A DNA stretch of 64,000 nucleotides from Bacteroidota bacterium (lineage in GTDB: Bacteria > Bacteroidota > Bacteroidia > UKL13-3). Positions 1 through 10,095 of the stretch are shown here, piece after piece. Location of the stretch: assembly GCA_040388375.1 (NCBI GenBank), contig JAZKBU010000007.1, positions 248,823 to 312,822 on the forward strand, read 5' to 3'. The position numbers and the translations under genes are program-made. The number at the start of each line of letters is the position of its first letter. Position 1 is the stretch's first letter. The notes beneath the pieces are model-generated. The model was not told the DNA's origin. It saw only the letters and a list, made by a program, of their open reading frames with translations, and ran no database searches.

Positions 1-90
1 ATGCCTGAAAAAAACTGAATTTTCTAGCTGCTGACCCTGGCTGGTAATCCCACAGACAAAAAATAAAAATAGTAGTAAGTATGTTTTCAA

Positions 91-816
91 TTAAGCTCTT
101 TGGTGTATGTCGTTTCCATATGATTTAATACCTACTGGCGAAGAAACTGGCACGTTACCATTTACCGCTGTGCTTAGTGCAACTCCAAAATTATCTGTCC
201 GGAACGGCCCAAATATACCCACATAAGGTACCGAAGGTTTATCACCCCCCTCATTTGAAATTACGTTTACAGTAAATTGGTCATTCGGGCTTTCCAACTT
301 AAAGTTGTTGCTGCAAACTATATCACCTTCATGTAAGTCCATATTAATAATAATATAAACACTTCTATTCTCTTTATAAGAAGCAAAAGGAGCCGACACA
401 TAATCAATTTCATACTCTTTACCTTCATTACTGTAAGCCCCTAAAGTATATATAACTTCTCTCTCAGTCTTAACGCTTTTATCACCATGAATATTCACAG
501 CAACCAACTGAATATTTAATACCTGTTCAATTTCATTGTTCATTGGCTCATACACACAGTTTGTATAATCAACAACGCCCGTTAAATCACTGGGATTCTC
601 TTTAATGTAATAAATAAGGGTATCAGGCCCCTCAGTACTTCTTTTAAACTCATGTGTCACCGTATCACCTGCATTGATAGTGAAATCAATAAAAATGCCT
701 GCTGCATCTTTTTCTGGGCTTAACCAAGTAGCAACTACCTTATTGATGTAATAAGGTTCTGTATTATCCAGTTTGTTCATAATAAAATTGTTTAAATAGT
801 TTATACAAAAAAACAA
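91..816 (-). CDS. hypothetical protein (241 aa), no recognisable motifs
   Basis: Long ORF in the six-frame track; no signal peptide or catalytic motifs recognised by eye. Confidence 0.45.
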   Translation of the reverse strand: MFFCINYLNNFIMNKLDNTEPYYINKVVATWLSPEKDAAGIFIDFTINAGDTVTHEFKRSTEGPDTLIYYIKENPSDLTGVVDYTNCVYEPMNNEIEQVLNIQLVAVNIHGDKSVKTEREVIYTLGAYSNEGKEYEIDYVSAPFASYKENRSVYIIINMDLHEGDIVCSNNFKLESPNDQFTVNVISNEGGDKPSVPYVGIFGPFRTDNFGVALSTAVNGNVPVSSPVGIKSYGNDIHQRA

Positions 817-1174
817 TATACAATATTCTTATCGAATACCTGTTTTCAGGTATTTCTGGACACCCCTTTATTTAGGAGAAACATCTTCGTTCTCATATAA
901 ATTCCCCAGTGCTTCAGCAGGAGTTTCTCCATTGGTTGGTGTATCAGTTTGAGTTACTTCCGGGCTTATAGCCGGGTTAATGGGTGTAGTAGGCATCATG
1001 TTCAATTGATAAAAATAGGTATAAGCAATGTATTGTTTTTTTGTTGAAAACAAATGCATGTAATCAAAGCAATGTAAAAAATGGCGGGTTTACCCTACAA
1101 TTTTTATTACAACCTAACATTTCCATTTTAGTTATCGTACTACAGTTTCATACAAGCTAAAACCAATAAATATT

Positions 1175-2305
1175 ATGAAACTTTTTACAAACCCTATCAA
1201 TCAGTACCTATCAAAAAGTGTTTTGGTAGTATTATTATCCTTTGCTAGCTACCAGTTTACGCAAGCACAATGTGTAGCCAATTTCACCCACAGCGTAAAC
1301 GACTCTACCAAAACAGTCACATTCACCAATACATCTACCGGAGGGGCCGGCTTGCGTTCATGGTGGGATTATGATGGCGTCATTAGTATGTCAACCAATA
1401 CCAGCCCTGTATTTACTTTTCAAAATCCCGGATGGCATTATGTTTGTTTAAATATATCGAGGTTAAACGATTCTACTTGCCGCTCTAAAAAATGCGATAG
1501 TATTTTTATTAATAAAACCTCTCCTTGTGTAGCCAATTGGTTTTTTTATGGCGATACCAATGGAATGATGTGGTACAATGCTACACAATCGTTAGGTGCC
1601 AATTTGGTTTACTTCTGGAGTTATGATGACGGCTCACCTATTTCTGTTGAACCCTACGCAGTAACCGGACACCAGTTTCACCGAAAAGGAATCCACAATG
1701 TATGCTTAACAGTTGTCAATAGTTTAGATACAAGTTGCAAAAGCACTTCTTGCAAAACCATTTCAAACAGTAGTCCTTGCAGTGGGGCATTTTATTCATA
1801 TACAGATACTATAACCGATACCACCCAATTCATTCCACAATATTCAGTACCAAATACTTCTTATACATGGACTTTTGACGATGGTACGGGCACTATTACC
1901 ACTACAACTATACCTTTAAAACATAAATTCAATACACCCGGCCCACATGTAGTTTGCCTTACCGTAACCAATACAGCTGATTCTTGTACCGCTACTTCAT
2001 GCGATACAATAATGGGCTCACCAAGTACCGGCATAAACACCATAAATAATGTCAAACGGAATTACTTCAGCACTTTCCCTAATCCGGTTGAAAATGTATT
2101 AAACATTATTATAAGCCAACCCGTTACCGAAAATGCTTATTTAAGTATTTACAACTCAATCGGGCAAAAAGTAATGGAACAAAAATTAGAACCGAGCCAT
2201 AGCGAGCGAACAGTAAAACTAAATACCGAATCGCTACCTGAAGGCATCTACGTCATTGAGCTAAAAGGCTCCGATATGAAGCAGGTTGCTAAGTTTTATA
2301 AATAA
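1175..2305 (+). CDS. Secreted protein with Cys-containing PKD-like repeats and a C-terminal type IX secretion (Por) sorting domain
   Basis: N-terminal signal peptide (LSKSVLVVLLSFASYQFTQAQ). Repeated modules with paired cysteines (VCLN.../VCLTV...). The C-terminal ~80 aa (FPNPVENVLNI...LSIYNSIGQKV...LPEGIYVIELKG) matches the T9SS CTD beta-sandwich pattern. Confidence 0.8.
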   Translation: MKLFTNPINQYLSKSVLVVLLSFASYQFTQAQCVANFTHSVNDSTKTVTFTNTSTGGAGLRSWWDYDGVISMSTNTSPVFTFQNPGWHYVCLNISRLNDSTCRSKKCDSIFINKTSPCVANWFFYGDTNGMMWYNATQSLGANLVYFWSYDDGSPISVEPYAVTGHQFHRKGIHNVCLTVVNSLDTSCKSTSCKTISNSSPCSGAFYSYTDTITDTTQFIPQYSVPNTSYTWTFDDGTGTITTTTIPLKHKFNTPGPHVVCLTVTNTADSCTATSCDTIMGSPSTGINTINNVKRNYFSTFPNPVENVLNIIISQPVTENAYLSIYNSIGQKVMEQKLEPSHSERTVKLNTESLPEGIYVIELKGSDMKQVAKFYK

Positions 2306-2440
2306 TTCCTCATACATATATATTTTTTATTAGTTAAAAACTAAGGGCTTGTAAATTAATTTTACGGCCCTTTTTTATGCATATTGATGCTACATTTTTC
2401 TCTTGAAATTTATGATTCATTATACTTATCTTGCGCCTTT

Positions 2441-3232
2441 ATGGAAAAACAATTGAATTTAGAATACAATACCCAGCGTAGTAAATTAGTGTTGTCAGAA
2501 TATGGGCGTAGTATTCAAAAAATGGTTGAATATGCTACCCAGATTGAAGACGTGGAGAAACGCAAAAAAGTAGCCGATGAAATTTTAACTTTAATGGGTC
2601 AGTTGAATCCGCATTTGCGCGATATTGTTGACTACAAACACAAACTATACGATCATTTATTTATTATTTCCGATTTTAAACTTGATTTAGAATCACCATA
2701 TCCTAAACCAACTCCGGAGTCAATATACGTTAAACCACCGGCTATGGCCTATCCGCAAGAAAAAATTGTATATAGGTTTTATGGTAAAAATATTCAAAAC
2801 ATGATAGACCATGTAACTACTTTAGAAGACGGTAGTTTTAAAACGGCTTACATCAATGCTATTGGAAGTTTTATGAAAACCAATTGCCGCAACTGGAATG
2901 ACGAAGTATTGGGTGACGAACAGATTATGGCCCATCTGGAACAATTAAGCGGTGGTAAAATTGTTATCAACGATGCGGAGGATATCGATTTTAAAGCGCA
3001 GCAAATGCGCAGGTTAAACAATAATAATAACAATAGCCGCAGTAACAGTAACAACAATAATAACCGCAACAATAACAACCGTAATTTCAGAAACAACAAC
3101 AATAATAATAACGGTAATAACAGAAATAACAATAACCGCAATTCTAATAATAACAACCGCAACAACAATAGCGGTAGCGGAGCACCCGGCACAGACAGCG
3201 GTTACAGGAAATTTAACAGCAAGGATCGTTAA
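2441..3232 (+). CDS. DUF4290-family protein with a ~70-aa Asn/Arg/Ser-rich low-complexity C-terminal tail
   Basis: Conserved Bacteroidetes DUF4290-like N-terminal region (MEKQLNLEYNTQRSKLVLSEYGRSIQKMVEYA...). Start chosen at the internal ATG at 2441. The tail is encoded by an AAT/AAC-rich microsatellite-like tract at about 3008-3190. Confidence 0.65.
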   Translation: MEKQLNLEYNTQRSKLVLSEYGRSIQKMVEYATQIEDVEKRKKVADEILTLMGQLNPHLRDIVDYKHKLYDHLFIISDFKLDLESPYPKPTPESIYVKPPAMAYPQEKIVYRFYGKNIQNMIDHVTTLEDGSFKTAYINAIGSFMKTNCRNWNDEVLGDEQIMAHLEQLSGGKIVINDAEDIDFKAQQMRRLNNNNNNSRSNSNNNNNRNNNNRNFRNNNNNNNGNNRNNNNRNSNNNNRNNNSGSGAPGTDSGYRKFNSKDR

Positions 3233-3296
3233 TTGTATTACCCGTTTATCTTAACCCATGCATTTACAAAGGATAATTTTTAATTTTAAAAATGGC

Positions 3297-4583
3297 ATGG
3301 AGGCCCTGCTTACCAATAAGTTTAGGGCTTTACTTACCTCGCTTGGAATTATTTTTGGTGTAGCGGCCGTTATTACCATGTTAGCCATAGGTAATGGGGC
3401 TGAAAAACAAATATTAGAGCAAATAAAACAAGTAGGCTCTAATAACATAGTTGTAAAACCTATTATTAAAACCAAAGACGAAGAAAAGCAGCTTAAGGAA
3501 AGTGGCATTGAGCAAAATAAATTCAGCCCCGGCCTAACAACCAAAGATGCTGAGAACATATCGCTTATTTTACCTGCTGCCGAAGCAGTAAGCAGCGAAA
3601 TAGAACAACAAAATTTATTTATAAGAGAGGGTATAAAGCTAAGTGGGAAGCTGGTAGGTGTTAGCAATGCCTATTTCCACTTGTTAGACTTTACACTCAT
3701 CAAAGGCAACCTGTTTTCCGATTTTCAGCTTAACAATGCTCAATCAGTTTGCATAATTGGGGCAAAAGTAGCCACCAAGTTTTTTAATACCGTTGACCCT
3801 ATTGGGCAGGAAATAAAATGCGGCAACAACTGGTTAAAGATTGTAGGCGTTCTACGACCTAAAAATGTAGATGAAAGCAATATGCAAAAGCTCTCCATTC
3901 GCAATGCCGACCTGGAAGTATACACACCCGTAAAAACCTTCTTATTGCGATACAAAAACAGAGGTTTAGTAACTATAGCCAGTATTAAAGCCTCACAAAA
4001 CCAAGAGGAAGGCGCTCCCAAACAAACAGACAACAATTACCACCAAATAGACAGGCTGGTAGTAAAAGTAGATAAAAGCGAAGCCATTGAATCGTCAGTT
4101 GATGTAATACAACGTATATTAGCAAGACGCCACAACGGAGTGAACGATTTTGAAATTATAGTACCCGAATTGCTGCTGAAACAAGAGCAAAAAACCAAAA
4201 AGTTATTCAATACTGTTTTAGGCATTATTGCCTCCATTTCACTACTAGTGGGTGGCATTGGTATTATGAATATTATGCTGGCCAGCGTGTTAGAACGTGT
4301 AAGAGAAATTGGTATACGCATGAGTATAGGTGCCAGCAAGCGCGATATCGTTATGCAGTTTATGGCAGAAAGCGTTACCATAAGTATTTCCGGGGGCCTT
4401 ATAGGTATTGTACTGGGCGTTGTGCTCAGCTTATTAATAGAACAATTAACCGATATAGAAACCATTGTTTCCCCTATAAGCGTGTTTTTTAGCTTTACCA
4501 TTTCCATTAGCGTGGGTTTGGTATTTGGTATTTTACCCGCCAAAAGAGCGGCAGAACAAGACCCTGCCGAATGTTTAAGATAA
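3297..4583 (+). CDS. ABC transporter permease, FtsX/MacB-like
   Basis: N-terminal TM helix (LLTSLGIIFGVAAVITMLAIGNG), a large periplasmic domain, and a C-terminal FtsX-type four-helix region (LGIIASISLLVGGIGIMNIMLASVLERVREIGIRMSIGASKRDI). Start taken at the internal ATG at 3297. Confidence 0.8.
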   Translation: MEALLTNKFRALLTSLGIIFGVAAVITMLAIGNGAEKQILEQIKQVGSNNIVVKPIIKTKDEEKQLKESGIEQNKFSPGLTTKDAENISLILPAAEAVSSEIEQQNLFIREGIKLSGKLVGVSNAYFHLLDFTLIKGNLFSDFQLNNAQSVCIIGAKVATKFFNTVDPIGQEIKCGNNWLKIVGVLRPKNVDESNMQKLSIRNADLEVYTPVKTFLLRYKNRGLVTIASIKASQNQEEGAPKQTDNNYHQIDRLVVKVDKSEAIESSVDVIQRILARRHNGVNDFEIIVPELLLKQEQKTKKLFNTVLGIIASISLLVGGIGIMNIMLASVLERVREIGIRMSIGASKRDIVMQFMAESVTISISGGLIGIVLGVVLSLLIEQLTDIETIVSPISVFFSFTISISVGLVFGILPAKRAAEQDPAECLR

Positions 4584-4592
4584 AATAAGTGT

Positions 4593-6035
4593 ATGCAAAA
4601 AATAGCTAATTATATTGATGGTTCGTTGGTTGAACCTATTTCTAAAAACTATATTGATAATGTAAACCCCGCTTTAGGTAGTGTATATTCTCTTTGCCCG
4701 GACAGCGATGAGAATGATGTACAGTTAGCCTACGAAGCAGCCGAAAAAGCATTTCCTGTTTGGAGCAATATGCCGGTTAATGACCGTAGCAGGATACTTT
4801 TAAAACTAGCGTCATTAATTGAACGCGATAACGATAAACTAGCTTTGGCAGAAAGTATTGACCAAGGCAAACCGGTTTGGTTAGCTAAATTAGGCGAAAT
4901 ACCGCGTGCGGCACAAAACATACACTTTTTTGCAACAGGCATAGAGCATTATGCCAGCGAATCGCACGCTATGGGTACGCATGCCGTTAACTATACCTTG
5001 CGTACTCCTATTGGTGTGGTGGGCTGCATAAGCCCTTGGAACCTGCCTTTATATTTATTTACATGGAAAATAGCTCCAGCTTTAGCCGCAGGTAACTGCG
5101 TAGTAGCTAAGCCAAGTGAAATTACACCCATGACAGCTTTTCTTTTCTCCGAATTATGTATAGAAGCCGGTTTACCTAAAGGTGTTTTAAATGTAGTACA
5201 CGGCTTGGGGCCAAAAGTAGGTTCAGCCATTGTAAGTCACCCTAAAATAAGTGTTGTTTCCTTTACCGGAGGCACCAAAACAGGGGCAGAAATAGCCCGC
5301 GTAGCGGCTCCTATGTTTAAAAAACTGTCGTTGGAGTTAGGTGGCAAAAACCCCAATATTATTTTTGCCGATTGTAATTTTGACAAGGCTGTAAGTGAAA
5401 GCGTACGTTCTTCTTTCACCAATCAGGGCGAAATATGCTTATGTGGTTCCCGTATTTTTATAGAAAAGAGCATTTATGAAACCTTTAAAACGGCTTTTGT
5501 AGCCCAAACACAGAAAATGAAAGTAGGTAATCCGTTAAGCGATGATACCAAAGTGGGCGCTATTGCCAGTCAGGTTCATTTTGAAAAAGTTTTAAGTTAT
5601 ATTGATTTAGCCAAACAGGAAGGCGGGCAAATACTAACAGGCGGACACGCAGTTCAATTAACAGGTGAAAACGCTAACGGATACTTTATAGCCCCTACAG
5701 TAATAGAAGGATTGGCTTTTGACTGTAGAACCAATCAGGAAGAAATATTCGGCCCTGTAGTTACTTTAACCCCTTTTGAAAGTGAGGAAGAAGTATTGCA
5801 GATGGCTAATAGTACACAATACGGACTGGCAGCTACTATTTGGACAGAAAACCTGAACAAAGCACATACCATGGCTGCTAAAATAAAAAGTGGCATTATT
5901 TGGATTAATTGCTGGCTTTTACGCGACTTACGTACCCCCTTTGGAGGCATGAAACAAAGTGGTGTAGGTCGCGAAGGAGGCTGGGAAGCGCTACGTTTCT
6001 TTACAGAGACTAAAAATGTTTGCATAAAACTATAG
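4593..6035 (+). CDS. NAD(P)-dependent aldehyde dehydrogenase
   Basis: ALDH family motifs: LELGGKNP (catalytic Glu region), a Cys-containing EICLCGSR segment, and FTGGTKTG (cofactor-binding Gly motif). Starts 10 nt after the permease stop, so probably co-transcribed. Confidence 0.9.
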   Translation: MQKIANYIDGSLVEPISKNYIDNVNPALGSVYSLCPDSDENDVQLAYEAAEKAFPVWSNMPVNDRSRILLKLASLIERDNDKLALAESIDQGKPVWLAKLGEIPRAAQNIHFFATGIEHYASESHAMGTHAVNYTLRTPIGVVGCISPWNLPLYLFTWKIAPALAAGNCVVAKPSEITPMTAFLFSELCIEAGLPKGVLNVVHGLGPKVGSAIVSHPKISVVSFTGGTKTGAEIARVAAPMFKKLSLELGGKNPNIIFADCNFDKAVSESVRSSFTNQGEICLCGSRIFIEKSIYETFKTAFVAQTQKMKVGNPLSDDTKVGAIASQVHFEKVLSYIDLAKQEGGQILTGGHAVQLTGENANGYFIAPTVIEGLAFDCRTNQEEIFGPVVTLTPFESEEEVLQMANSTQYGLAATIWTENLNKAHTMAAKIKSGIIWINCWLLRDLRTPFGGMKQSGVGREGGWEALRFFTETKNVCIKL

Positions 6036-6077
6036 ATTAAGTCTGTTCGAGCATAGTCGAGAATATTAATATTATAA

Positions 6078-6106
6078 AAGCTGCCTCAAAAGGGCGGCTT
6101 TTTTAT
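6078..6106 (+). terminator. Intrinsic terminator after the aldehyde dehydrogenase
   Basis: Stem AGCTGCC/GGCGGCT (one G-U pair), loop tcaaaag, then a TTTTTT tract. Confidence 0.6.
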
Positions 6107-6409
6107 TTCCAGCTATTACACAGTAGTAATTTTAGTGTTTAAGAAAGGTTTTTATGATTAAGTGCTATCACCCGAAAAATAACACCTGAAAACCTCTTTT
6201 TACAAATGTTTCGCCTGCTTTTCATTTGTAAAGTTGTTTGAAATTATCTCATTTAACACGCTTATTTTCAATAAATAACATATGTAAACCTGAACCAGCA
6301 CGCAGACCAGCTACTTTACATTTCTGCATAACACTTTTTACATTTGTTAAATAACATTACATTTGTAAATAGGCGGCTTTACAAATGTTTTAAGTCACTT
6401 ATAGTCAAG

Positions 6410-6868
6410 ATGGATGCACTGAATGAGCGCGTTTGCGCAATAATGGATAAGTTTAGCAGTTCTAAATCTGCTTTTGCTAATGAATTGGGAATTGGACTAC
6501 CCTCAATTACCCATATTACCAGTGGCAGGAACAAGCCTGGTATAGATATTTTGCAAAAAATACTACACACCTACCCGACCATAAATGCCGCTTGGCTACT
6601 CATAGGTAAAGGCGATATGATTACCCAGGAAAAACCCGGTATTGATATTGACAATGAATTGAATGCATTAATTTCATATACCCACGAATTAGAGCAAATA
6701 AAAGAAGAAAGCCAGCAAGTAATTACCTACCACAAGCTCTTACTGGACGAAATTAAACACCTGCATGAGTTAGACAAAAATATCATTGCCTCACATGCGC
6801 AAATAGACAAAGCCAAGCAAAAAATAGCCGAACAGGTGGCCGCTATTAAATCTAAACTAAAAAAATAG
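6410..6868 (+). CDS. Small DNA-binding (HTH) protein with a C-terminal coiled coil
   Basis: N-terminal helix-turn-helix-like segment (SAFANELGIGLPSITHITSGRNKPGIDILQKIL) followed by a charged helical tail. Start at the internal ATG at 6410. Confidence 0.55.
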   Translation: MDALNERVCAIMDKFSSSKSAFANELGIGLPSITHITSGRNKPGIDILQKILHTYPTINAAWLLIGKGDMITQEKPGIDIDNELNALISYTHELEQIKEESQQVITYHKLLLDEIKHLHELDKNIIASHAQIDKAKQKIAEQVAAIKSKLKK

Positions 6869-7059
6869 ATTCAAAGACACAAGCACCTGAAAATATATAG
6901 TAAATATTTCTAATTAATTAAACAATTAGCCATTTAACAATGCGTATTAATTAAACAATTCAACAATAAAACCATCTGACAATATTTATTCGCTAAAACA
7001 ATTGAATGAAGATAAATGTTATTTGTATGTTTGCCGTTCTCAATTAAATAAAAAATAAA

Positions 7060-7632
7060 ATGACCGATACCGCATTTTTAAATGTATACGCAGAACAAAC
7101 GCCCAATCCGGAAACGATGAAGTTTGTTTTTAATAAAATGGTTTTGCCTGACGAGGCTGAAGATTATCCGACAAAAGAAAAAGCCAATGCTTCGCCTCTG
7201 GCTAAAAGCCTGTTCGAATTCAGCTTTGTAAATGGTGTGTTTGTAATGAACAACTTTGTAACCATTACACGCGCTCCGGGAGGCGAATGGGACGAAATTG
7301 TACCGATTGTAAAAGAATTTTTAAAGGCCTATGTAGAAGCAGGCGAGCCTATCTCTTACAAATCAGATAAGTCAAGCATTGAGGGATCTGATAATATTAT
7401 TGTAGCGCAAATTCTGGATGTATTAGATACTTATATTAAACCTGCTGTTGAAGGCGATGGCGGAATGATTTCATTTAAATCGTTTGACGAAGAAAGCGGA
7501 CTGGTAACCGTAGAGTTAAAAGGCTCGTGCAGCGGCTGCCCTTCATCAACGGTAACACTAAAAAAAGGTATTGAAGGCTTGCTTACCCGCATGGTTCCGC
7601 AGGTAAAAGAAGTGGTAGCTGAAAGCCTATAA
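7060..7632 (+). CDS. NifU/Nfu-type Fe-S cluster assembly scaffold protein
   Basis: Nfu N-terminal domain followed by a C-terminal NifU domain with the CxxC motif (GSCSGCPSS). A strong intrinsic terminator follows at about 7673-7704. Confidence 0.85.
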   Translation: MTDTAFLNVYAEQTPNPETMKFVFNKMVLPDEAEDYPTKEKANASPLAKSLFEFSFVNGVFVMNNFVTITRAPGGEWDEIVPIVKEFLKAYVEAGEPISYKSDKSSIEGSDNIIVAQILDVLDTYIKPAVEGDGGMISFKSFDEESGLVTVELKGSCSGCPSSTVTLKKGIEGLLTRMVPQVKEVVAESL

Positions 7633-7672
7633 TCACTGGTAAAACTAGTAGGATATAAAAGATTGAAATAAA

Positions 7673-7704
7673 GAGGCTGTCCTTATGGAGCAGCCTTTTT
7701 TTTG
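7673..7704 (+). terminator. Intrinsic terminator after the nifU-like gene
   Basis: aggctgtcc-ttat-ggagcagcct hairpin followed by T8. Confidence 0.75.
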
Positions 7705-7782
7705 TATCGGTCAGTTTGCAATAGCACATTTGGTTCGCCCAGACTGGCCACTAATAACTAATATACCTGCTAACCGTACCTA

Positions 7783-8901
7783 CTAAATAGCCATCCTGTA
7801 AGTTCTATGCACTTTCGTAGTTCTTGCACCCAGCTTATGGAACAAGCCGTGCATTTTAGGGTTAAAATCGCCAATCCAGGCCAATTCTGATGCATTTATT
7901 TCAGGATATTTCTGCATTGAGTCATATAGCTGAATAATCATGGCCGTTTCTATTCCTTTTTCCTGGTAAGCGGGAGCCACACCAAACACTTCTCCCCTAA
8001 TCCTCCTCACAGTTCCAAATGTTTTGTAAAAGAAAAACTTAATGATGCCCAGCCAGTTCATTTTCCCGTTTACATGTTTAAAAATTTCGTTGATGTCAAT
8101 TACACTTACATAAAAGCCAATAGGCTTCCCATTGGCATAAGCAAACCAAATGGCTTCTTCAATAATGATGGGTTTTAACTGCTTTAATTCAGCCATAATA
8201 CGAGCTTCATCCATAGGCACAAAATCCTCACGGTGTGCCCAGGCTTGATTGTACACTTCCACAAAGTCTAAAGCATATTTTTTAAGGTTATTCATCTTAA
8301 AATGCTCAAAACTATATATGGGGTTTGCCAATACGCGATCCGACATTTTACGGAAACGGGCCATATCGAAAGTTTGATAGGTTATTTCGCTGGTGGTTTG
8401 TTCCGTTAATTGTTTGAAGCCATAAGCTAAAAACAAGTTTTCGTAATAAGGCCAGTTGAAATTTTCTTTGTACGAAGGATTTTTAAATCCTTGCACCATC
8501 AATCCCCAAAAGGCATTTTTCTCGCCAAAATTAATAGGTCCGTCAACCATATTAATGCCTTTGGATTGCAGCCATTCAATAGCCGTATCAAATAACAATT
8601 TAGAAGCAGCGGTATCATCAATACATTCAAAAAAACCTATGCCTCCCGCCCTTTCATTCTCCTTAAAATTATCGCTATTGTAGAATGCCGCAATGCGCCC
8701 GATCGCTTTATTGTCGGCAGTTTTCAGTATCCACTGAGCCGACTCGCCTGTTTTAAACGCAAGGTTATGATTTGGGTCCAATACTTTTTTTATATCATTA
8801 TCCAAGGGGCAAACCCAGTCAGGATTGTTTTTATAAATGAGTCGATGTACGTTAATAAACTCAGCCAATAAAGAGGCTGAATTAACCGATATAATTTTCA
8901 T
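7783..8901 (-). CDS. GNAT-fold acyltransferase-like protein of unknown specificity (372 aa)
   Basis: C-terminal acyl-CoA-binding-like motif (GVAPAYQEKGIETAMI). Last gene of a three-gene minus-strand operon. Confidence 0.55.
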   Translation of the reverse strand: MKIISVNSASLLAEFINVHRLIYKNNPDWVCPLDNDIKKVLDPNHNLAFKTGESAQWILKTADNKAIGRIAAFYNSDNFKENERAGGIGFFECIDDTAASKLLFDTAIEWLQSKGINMVDGPINFGEKNAFWGLMVQGFKNPSYKENFNWPYYENLFLAYGFKQLTEQTTSEITYQTFDMARFRKMSDRVLANPIYSFEHFKMNNLKKYALDFVEVYNQAWAHREDFVPMDEARIMAELKQLKPIIIEEAIWFAYANGKPIGFYVSVIDINEIFKHVNGKMNWLGIIKFFFYKTFGTVRRIRGEVFGVAPAYQEKGIETAMIIQLYDSMQKYPEINASELAWIGDFNPKMHGLFHKLGARTTKVHRTYRMAI

Positions 8902-8958
8902 TTGTTAATGGGGCTATAAAAAACAAAAGCGATAGTTCTGTTATCGCTTTTGTGGGTA

Positions 8959-10065
8959 TTACATTCTTTTAAATAAATCCTTAATGGTGTCAATAGTCAC
9001 CTTATCTTTCCAATCAGTTCCAATGGCATGGTTCCACATGTGTGGCAAGTTATAAGCTACGTGAGCCATAGCGGTTATATCTTCGTCCGACCAGTTTTTA
9101 CTCAGACCTTGCGGCAAGGTAATATTATGTTTGGCCAACATGGTATTAAACTCTGCTACGCCTGCCGGGTAATAATCGGCCAGGTGTTGAAACGCCAAAC
9201 AGTTGGCATAACAATGTTTTTCGCCAAATATTTTGCTTAAGCCGTAACTCAAAGCATGACAAACACCTACTTCGCTATAAGTTAAACTTAAACCTCCCAT
9301 TAAAGAAGCAACCATTAACTTATCATCGTTTTCAGGGCTTTGTCCTGCGGCTTCGCTTGAATAAATATCGCGGCAAAGTTTTAAGCTTTGTTCGCCATAA
9401 GCCATGCTGTATGCATTGTTTAAAATACCATCACGGCTTTCAATACAATGTATAAAAGTATCCATTCCGGTATAAAACCATTTGTCAACCGGTACAGTCG
9501 CAGTAAGCTCAGAGTCCAGTATTACCTGATCAAATATCGTCCACTCGCATTTTAAACCCAATTTTTTCTCAGGCCCGGTTAGTACAGCCGTCATAGAGCA
9601 TTCGGCTCCTGTTCCTGAAATAGTAGGCACGCCTACATGGTATACACCCGGTTTTTTTATCAGGTTTAAACCCTGGTATTGTTGCGAGGGGCCTTCGTTG
9701 CAAAGCATTAAAGCCAATGCTTTGGCTATATCCATAATAGAACCTCCGCCAATACCAATTACACCGCTTGGTAAACCTTTGCCCGCTAATATTTCATCGC
9801 GTAACTGGTCTATTTGCTCAGTGGTTGGCTCATGCGGATCAACATCTATAAAGTAAACGGTATCTTCGGGTTTGTTTTGCAGTTTAGTGGCTAAACTTTT
9901 TCCTTTAAAGTAATTATCTACAATATATACAAAGTATTTATTGTTTTCGCTGCGTTTCGGGGCTATAATTTCATCCAGTTGGCTAAAACTACCACGACCG
10001 AAAACGGTTTTTTCTATACTCTTAAAATTTTTATGACTCATTATGTATGTAAACACAGGTTGCAT
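8959..10065 (-). CDS. Iron-containing (group III) alcohol dehydrogenase family oxidoreductase
   Basis: GGGSIMDIAKALA motif (GGGSxxDxAK) and a His-rich metal site (CHALSYGL...EKHCY). Middle gene of the operon. Confidence 0.75.
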   Translation of the reverse strand: MQPVFTYIMSHKNFKSIEKTVFGRGSFSQLDEIIAPKRSENNKYFVYIVDNYFKGKSLATKLQNKPEDTVYFIDVDPHEPTTEQIDQLRDEILAGKGLPSGVIGIGGGSIMDIAKALALMLCNEGPSQQYQGLNLIKKPGVYHVGVPTISGTGAECSMTAVLTGPEKKLGLKCEWTIFDQVILDSELTATVPVDKWFYTGMDTFIHCIESRDGILNNAYSMAYGEQSLKLCRDIYSSEAAGQSPENDDKLMVASLMGGLSLTYSEVGVCHALSYGLSKIFGEKHCYANCLAFQHLADYYPAGVAEFNTMLAKHNITLPQGLSKNWSDEDITAMAHVAYNLPHMWNHAIGTDWKDKVTIDTIKDLFKRM

Positions 10066-10095
10066 GAACTTGTTTGCAACCTGTGTTTTGTATTG

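Noticed and set aside
2848-3192. Antisense Leu-rich ORF (114 aa) inside the DUF4290 gene
   Set aside because: It is an artefact of the low-complexity AAT/AAC tract read on the opposite strand.
3251-4543. Antisense ORFs (3251..3667, 3740..4036, 4037..4543) within the FtsX permease gene
   Set aside because: They lie opposite a well-supported CDS and have no motifs. They are typical shadow ORFs.
8959-10065. Calling this gene a 3-dehydroquinate-synthase-family 2-deoxy-scyllo-inosose synthase (with DegT as the BtrS-like partner)
   Set aside because: The glycine motif is GGGSIMDIAKA (Fe-ADH type, GGGSxxDxAK) rather than the DHQS-type GGGVIGDLxGF. It is kept as a generic iron alcohol dehydrogenase.
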